A stretch of DNA of 64,000 bases from an uncultured archaeon (GTDB lineage: Archaea > Nanobdellota > Nanobdellia > Pacearchaeales > GW2011-AR1), in NCBI GenBank assembly GCA_903866625.1, contig CAIPOI010000008.1:2652-66651 (forward strand), written 5' to 3'. Below are positions 51,257-60,200 of the stretch, piece by piece. How positions within the stretch are numbered: the first letter of the stretch is position 1; every line of letters begins with the position of its first letter. Under the pieces are notes generated by a model. It worked only from the letters and a program-made list of their open reading frames with translations. It made no database searches and had not been told where the DNA came from. Both the position numbers and the translations under genes were made by a program.

Positions 51257-54200
51257 ATGGTTTATAAGAGGTATATAAAAAGAGGGGGGAAGGTTTTTGG
51301 ACCGTATTATTATGAAAGTCATAGAAATTCTAATGGTAATGTAACTACAAGTTATGTTAAATCTAAACCTAAAAATAATTCGATTAATTCTTTGTTAATG
51401 TTTGTTTTAGTGGGGCTTATTTTATTTGGAATATTTTATTATTTTGAAAATTCTTCGAATATTAACTCTAATTTATCTAATTTCAAACCATTATTACACT
51501 ACAGTTTTACAGGTAATGTAATCGATGAAGGTGGTTCAGATTCTTCTCCATCTAGTTCTGAAGCGTCTTCTACTTCTGATTCTTCTACTGCCTCCACTTC
51601 TTCTACTTCTTCATCAGATTCCAGTCCTTCTTCTGATAGTTCTTCTATTTCTACGGAAACTCAAACAACCGAAGCGACTCCTGAAGCTATAACTGAAGCT
51701 TCTACTGAGACTCAAATTTCTGAACAAATAACAGAAACAAGTTCACCTGACTCGGGTTCTTCTGATAGTTCCGGAGCTGAAACAACAATAAATTCTGAAT
51801 ATAATGAAACTACTCCTATTGAAATTACTCAAAATGATTCTATTAACGAAAACAATCAAACGATAAATGAAACTTTAGAATTTGTAAATTCTACATTAAT
51901 CAACGAAACTTTTACAAATGAAACTCTAATTAATAATACTTCACTAGATGAAACTCTAATCAATCAGACCTTAACGAATCAAACTTGGAATAATGAAACT
52001 CTAATCAATGAGACTTTTTATTCTGCTAATTTAACAATTCAAACTAAACAGTATCAGGCGGTTATTAATCGACCGGTTAAATGGATTAAAATTATTAATG
52101 TGACTAATGAATCTGCGATTGATGAGATTCTTTCTGAAGTTCGCAATATTTCTATTGATTTGCCTAAAGAGGCAACAGAAATCCAAATAAAAACAGGTTC
52201 CGACATAGAACAAAGTCTTAGTAATGCTGAAAATTATGCAGAAGAATTTAATCAATCTGTTAGCAAGGAAGATATTGCTCCTGGAAGTATGACTGGATTA
52301 GTTATAAGTGAATCTAATAATTTTGGGATTATCACCCGAGTCTATAACTGGTTATTAGGTCTTTTTAAGAGCAGTCAGATTACTGGCAATGTAGTTGAAG
52401 ATCAAGGTTCTTTTGAAGTTCAAGATCAATTAATTGAAACTTCAGATTCAAAATCCTTGGATGTAGCTCCTTTAGTTCAAGAAATTGTTAATAATATTTC
52501 GGATAACAACTCTATAGCTATAGAGTATACTACTCCGGCTCCAATTGCCGAAGAAAATTTAACTTCGCAAGGAAAACAGATAACCATTTTATCAGAAAGC
52601 GAATATAATTATACCGAAATTTTAGCTTATACTTTAATTGATGATGTTACTGGAATGCAAAATATTCCTATTAATGATACTTCTAAAATAAAACTATACT
52701 GGTATGCTAGTACGGAAGATGCTAAAAAATATGGTTACTCTGAAAAATCTATAGAAGCTTCGGAAGAGTTTAAGATAGAAACTCTTCAGATAAACACTTC
52801 CAAATCTGATGAAGAAATTAATTCAAATCAAGAAGTTTTACCAAAATTTGAAGATAATACTAGCAATAATTCTGAGCAGATAATAAATTCAACAATAGAT
52901 AATGTTGCATCCGAACCAGCAACTTTAACTGCAGAAACTCAAACAACAGAAACAACTCAAGAAACCCCTACTGAAGATGTCGCAAATTCGGAAATAGCTA
53001 TTACAGGAAATGTTGTTGCATCTAATGAAGAGCCAGGAATGATTACTAAATTAGTGGGGGGTATTATGGGAATTACTGGAAATGTTATTGAAACCTCAGA
53101 AGATAATTTAAAAAACAACTCTAATAGTGAAGCTACTTCAGAAACTTTGGAAACTTCAAATCAAAATAATCTGATAAAAGTAGAAGTTAGTTATAATGCT
53201 TATGATTTAGATGGGGATGGTTTTGTAGATTATATTGAATGGGTAGTTCCGCATCTTTCTACTCAAACTTATCAGCTTATTTTAATTACTAAAGCAGAGC
53301 ATTTAGATTCTAATAGAAATTCTATTGAGGACATTTATAATTTTGTTAAATCTTTGGATAGTTCACTATTTGCTGTTCCTAACGGGGATTATATCAGAGC
53401 CAAATTTGAGAAAAATTTAACCATTGGAAAAGATATGACTCTTTATGCAAATGGGAGCGGGGTTGTAAGAGTTTACAATGAAAATAAAAATGATTCTATC
53501 GGAGAATTTTTAATTAATTCTGAAAATATTTCTGAATACAAAATTTATCCTAACTATACTTCTTCAGATACTTATGATCTTGGGTTTATGGGTAATATAA
53601 GCGTAGACTATATTGTTGACCCTCTAACCTGTCCAGATGCTGGTGGAAATTGGGTAGTATCTAATAATTATGTTCTTAGTACTTCTGTAAACTGTTCTAC
53701 TATAACTATTGGTAACGGAGTTACTTTAATAATTAATAGCACTGCTGCGGGAAATCAGTCCGTGAATTTAAGTGCCTTTAACATTACTATTTCTGCTGGT
53801 GGAATTATTAATGGTAACGGAACAGGATACTTGGGGGGTTTAACCGGAAATCCCGGCACAGCAGGATTTGGTCCTGGCGGCGGTGGTTATGGTACTTATG
53901 GTGGTGGCGGTGCAAGCCATGCTTCTGCCGGAGGTGCAGGTTCAAATGGTGCCGCAAATCTTACTATTTATGATTCTGTAACACAACCTATTATGCCAGG
54001 TTCTGGTGGCGGAGGAATTTATACTGGTAGGGGTACTAGTGGTAATGGGGGTAGTGCAATTTATCTCTATCTTTATGATACTCTTGTTAATAATGGAAGT
54101 ATTTTTGTAGATGGTACTAGTGGAAATAGCGGAACTACTACTTATTCCGGTGGCGGCGGTGGTTCTGGTGGAAGTATTTTTATTAATGCTTCTCAAGTAA

Positions 54201-57200
54201 ATGGTATTGGTATACTTTCAGCTGCAGGTGGAACAGGCGGAGCTACTACTCGATCTTCTTCTGGCGGCGGTGGTGGTGGTTCTGGTGGAATAATAAGTCT
54301 TATTGCTCGAGATTATGATAGTTATGCGGGTAGTTTGATAGTTTCATCGGGATCTGGATATTCTGGAACTGTTGCAGGCTCAGTTTATAGACCTGCATCA
54401 TCAACTCTAGGGAATGTGATAATTCCTTCAGGTCAAACTACTACTTGGACTCTTGGAAATTTTACTTTTAATAATTTTACTTTAGAATCCGGTGCTACTT
54501 TGCTTGTTGTAAATGCTGCTAGCCCCTCAAATTGTTTTGGTGGAATTGGTGGAGGTTCCGGTCCTGGAGTTTCTTCAAGTGGTTCTGGTGCGGGTGGTGG
54601 AGCAGGACATGGAGCTAATGGTGGAGCAGGAAGTTCTGCGGGTGGAACAGGCGGAGCTAGTTATGATAATTCTACCTGGCCTTCTATTATCGGTTCTGGC
54701 GGCGGTGGCGGAAGTTCAACCACTACCGCTATGCCTACTGGAGGTTTTGGGGGAGGACAGATTTATCTTAATGTTGTTAATACTGCTAATATAAATGGAA
54801 CTCTTTCAGCTGATGGAACCAATGCACTCACTGGAAGCAATGGTGGCGGCGGTGGTGGTTCTGGTGGAAGTATTTTGTTGAACTCTTCTAATTTTATTGG
54901 TAGTGGAACAATAACTGCGAAAGGTGGAAATGGAAGTTTATATGCAGGTAATACTGGCGGCGGTGGCGGAGCTGGAGGAAGATTAGGTATTTTCTTTACA
55001 ACAAGCCAGTATACTGGAACTTTAACTACTGCTAATGTTGCAGGAGGTAGTGTTAATCATACGAGTGCGGTTGCAGGAGGAACAGGAACTTTATCCATAT
55101 CTGATTTTATAGCCCCAACAATAGTTTATGATGGAACTTCTGAAAATACTAGTACTACTTTAACTGCAAGAAATAACATTTTTGTTAGTGCAACAGCTTC
55201 AGATGATATTAGTCTTGCTTCAATTAATATTACATTATACAATTCTCAAGGTTTGACTAATTATTCTGTGCAAACTTATGTAACTAATGCTACAAATACC
55301 TATACTTATAACTTTACTAATCTTGTTGATGGAGTTTATTCCTTTAATGCTACTGCCAAAGATAGCACTGGAAATTCTAATTCTTCAGGTTCAAGAACAG
55401 TAACTATTGATTATTTATCTCCTAACGCAGATTATTCTACTGGAACTGAGATTGCTTCATCTTATCTGCCAAGAAATTATGCCTTCGTTAATGTTAGCTC
55501 AACCGCTCCTGATGTTCAGAATGTTACAATTAATTTGTATAATACTAGTTTAGTTAATTCAACTCTTATTACTTCTGCTCCTTATCAACTTAATTTTACT
55601 AATCTTGCCGACGGAATTTATTATTTTAATGCTACTCTTAAGGATCCTACTCATTCAAATTCAACGACAACTAGGACGGTAACTATTGATACTATAAGTC
55701 CTCAACTAACTTTTGCTTATCCTGTTTCAGGAACAACTTATGAAGTTGATGTTACTAACTTTAGTTATAATTATATCGAAGCAAATCCTGCTTCTTGCTG
55801 GTATTCCTTGAATGGGGGAACAACTAATACTACAATTACCTGCGGCAATAATGTTACGGGTTTAACTGCTTCTTCGGGAAGCAATAGTTGGAATTTATGG
55901 ATGAATGATAGTGCGGGACATCTTACTAATAGTGCACTAACTTTTACTAAAAATATTTCAAGAATTAGTTTTTGCAGAACTCTTAGTGATTCTGGGGCTT
56001 ATACTGTTTTGAATAATATTAGTAGTGTTTCTGGTAACTGCTTAACGGTCAATTCTAATAATGTTATTATTGAGGGTAATGGATTTACTTTTAGTGGAGA
56101 TAGGGTAGGAGATGATTATGGAGTCTATATTAATGGCAGAAGCAATGTAACCGTTCAAAATTTTGGAAACATAACAAATTTTGCCAAGGGTGTTGGAGTT
56201 ATTTCCTCAAGCAATTGCTTAGTAAAAAATCTTTCTATAAGTTCTTCTACAGATCATGGTATCTATGTTCAGTGGGCTTCTACTAATACTTTTAGAGATT
56301 TAATATTAAATGGAAATGCTGGTGCTGGAATTTATGTAAACTTTTATGCAACTCTAAACAATTTGATTAATGTAACTGCCCAAGGCAATAGTGGAAATGG
56401 AATAGGGATAAATGATAATTCTAACAATAACACTTTAACTAATTGTACTGTTAGTGGGAATTCCCAAAGTGGTGTTGCTATATTGACCTCTGTAGGAAAT
56501 ACGTCTATAAATAATCTTTATTCCTCAAGCAATCTTGGAAGTGAAATTTATGATAATTCTGGGAACTCTAAGATTAATTATCTAAGATATGAAAATCAAT
56601 ATGGGAAGATTGAATGGACTAACACTAGTGATGGGAACTTTTTAAAAAATTTGGGTGTTGAAGGTTCGCTTATTCTTGGGCAAACCTTGAATATCACTCA
56701 GTCTTTTATAGCTTTAGCTACAAGCTCATTTAGCTCTAGTAATATTAGTTCTTCGGCTAATATAACCCTCTACGGAGTTAATACTAGTACTATAAGGCCT
56801 GTAGTTTATAGAAATTCTAGTGCTTTATGCACCTCGGTTTCTTCTCCAAGTTGTTATAATTTTACTAATCTTAATGTAGCTAATCCTGTGTTTAATATTT
56901 CTAGTTGGAGTAATTACACTATAATTGATTTAGGGAGTAGTTATCTTGGAATTACTATTAATAGTCCTGCAAATACTACTTATACAACTTCTAATATTCT
57001 AGTTAATTTATCTGTTCTAAATTCTTCTTCTACAACTTTTTATAATGGTAGTGCTAATAATACTTATACCACTCCAGCTAGCCATAGTTTCGGACAAGGA
57101 AGCACTAATCTTTTAGTTTATGCTACAGATGGTTACGGAAATTATAATGATGCAAATGTTGTATTTTTTGTGGATTCAATTTTGCCGCAAATAACAATTG

Positions 57201-60200
57201 TTTCTCCTAGCGTTAATAGTTATTATAATTCGCCAACTACTGCAACGATGACTTATGTAGAAACAAATCCTGCTTCTTGCTGGTATTCTTTGAATGGAGG
57301 AATAAATACTAGTTTTGTTTGCAATAATAATATAAGCGGCATGAATCCTGTGGAGGGTTTGAATAGTTTGATAATCTGGATGAACGATACTCTTGGAAAC
57401 AAAAACTCTTCGAGCGTTTCTTTCTATAAAGATACTACTCCTCCCCAAATAACAATTACTCAACCAAGTTCATTAACCTCTACTTCAACTTCTATAAACG
57501 TTGAATTTAGTTCTAGCGATTCTGGAGTTGGTGTTTCATCAAGATGGTTTAATGATGGTGTAAATAATATTTCTTATTCTACTCCTACAACTGCAACTCT
57601 TGGGCAAGGCAATACAACTATTATCCTTTATTCTAATGATAGTCTAAATAATTTAAATTCAACTTCATTAAATGTTTTTGTTGATTCTATAGCTCCTGCT
57701 GTTTCATTTATCTATCCATTAAATGTTTCTAGTTTAACTTCTAATTCTTTTAGTCTTTCTTATAGTGCTTCAGATACTACTCTTGATGATTGCTATTGGA
57801 GTTCTAATAATGGTGCTTCAAATACTACTCTTGCTTCTTGTTCAACAAATATAACTTCTAGTTGGGGTCAGGGTTGGAATAATATTACACTTTATGCTAA
57901 TGATAGTCTTGGAAATATCGGCTCTACAAATGTTGTATTTTTTGTGGATAGTATCTATCCTACTATAACAATCAATAGTCCAAATAATGATAGTGACTTT
58001 GGAACAAATTATTTTGCAGTTAATGTAAGTGCGGTAGATACTAATTTTAATAATATAACTACTAGATTGTATAATTCTTCTTTAAGTCTTATTAATACTA
58101 CTTCTTTAAGTACTACTCCTTTTACAATAAGTTTTGTTAGCCTGGGTGATGGAATTTATTATTTTAATTCAACTGCTTGTGATATTCTAGGAAATTGTAA
58201 TAGTAGTGAAACCCGAAAGTTGTATATTGATAGTGGTTTGCCAACCCTAAGTTTATCTTCACCTTCTGATAATTCTTATCTTAATTATACTAATGTAAAT
58301 TATAGCCTTTCAGTTTCTGATACTACTTCTGGAATTTCAAATTATAGTTTGAATATTTATAATTCAACAAGTCTTGTTAATCAAACAACAAAAACTGTTG
58401 GCTTTAGAACTAATAGTTTAACCGACGGAATAAATGTAACTTTGAATACTGGAAATTATACTTGGTTCTATCAGGCTTATGATTTGGCCGGAAATTCTAA
58501 TCTGAGCACTAATAGAACTGTTATTATTGATATGGTTTTGCCTCAGATTAATATTACATATCCTGTTGAAGGAATGCTTTATGCTTCTAGACCCAATACT
58601 ATAAATTATACTACTTCGGATAATTTTGGAGTTGATAAATGTTGGAATACTTTTGATAGCAGACCTCTTAGCTGTTTAGGTTATGTAACCGGACTTTCAA
58701 ATGTAGTAGCTGAAGGAAGTAATACCTGGAATATTTATACTAAGGATTTGGCGGGAAATCTTAATTCTACTAGTGTAACCTTTTTGGTTGATACTCAAGC
58801 ACCAAGAATCTCTTTTATTGATACAACTACTGCTACTGGAAATTATAGCAATGTTAATTATGTTTATGCTAATTTAACTGCTTCAGATACTCGTTACGCT
58901 AATGCAACAATTTACATTTATACTCCTTCAGAATTATTCTATAATCTTACAAGTACTGAAACTCAATTTAATCTAACTAAATTAATGCTACAAGATGATA
59001 TGTATTATCTTAATGCTAGTGCTTGGGATCTTGGCGGAAATAGTAATTCTACTGAAACTAGAAGAATAATGCTTGATAGAAACTTCCCCCAAATTTCTTT
59101 TGGTGCTGGAATGCTGGATAATGGTTCTTCATTTTCTTCAAATAGCCTTTTCGCAAATATAAGTTTAGATGAACAATTTACAAAAAATATAACTTTTTAT
59201 TTGTTTGAAGAGACTACAAATAGTTTGGTTTCAAGCAAGACTTTCACTAATTCGACTAACTCTACTTATTTTGATACTTCTGAAGATGGGTTGTATGATG
59301 TAGAAGTTATTGCTTATGATTGGGTTGGACATTCAAACTCTACCGGCAATAGAACTTTCTATAAGGATACTATAGGACCGGTTTTTTCAGGATACAAATA
59401 TAACTCTAATTCCAGTTTTGCACAAGTAAACATAACTGCAAGAGATGTTCCTTCAGGAGTTGATAGTGTTTGGGCGGAAATTTTAGATAGTAACAATACT
59501 TCCATTGGAGGTTATGAATTTTCTAGACAGGCTGGAGATTTATACAATGGCAATTATAGCGTAAGCATAACTAATATTACTAATATCGGGGATTATAGAA
59601 TTCAAATCTACGCGAATGATACGGGTAATGCTACTTCTAATTCAAGTTATTATTTTGATATTTATCCAACAACGAGTTTTAGAGTTAATCCTAATGTAAC
59701 TAATTCTAATGTGACATATAACTTTACTTTTTTTGGTTCGGGTAATGATTTGGGCGAGATAAATACTTCTTTAAGTTCTAACTCTACTCTTAAGAATCGT
59801 GAATATGATGTCTCAGTTAATGCTTCTGATAACAGTTCAATTGTATTTTATAATCTTACTCTTGGAATCTCTAGCCCAAATATTAATATCCAACAAATTA
59901 ATAACAGTATTCAGTCTACTCCTTCTTTATATAAGCCTCTTAAAGTTTTAGCAGTAGAATTAAATAATTTAACTCTGGGTAATGGGGCAAGAATAGAGAT
60001 GGATTATTCTGGAAAGTTTGATAGTGGAGATTACCCTATAATTAATGAAAGTCAGTTAACAGTTCATAAATGTTCTTCTTGGAGTATTTCTTCTCAAACC
60101 TGTAGCTCTGACTGGATAGAAGTTAATGGAACTACGATTAATACTCTTGCAAAGAAAATAAGTTTTGATGTATCGGGGTTTTCTGCTTATGAAATTACTG

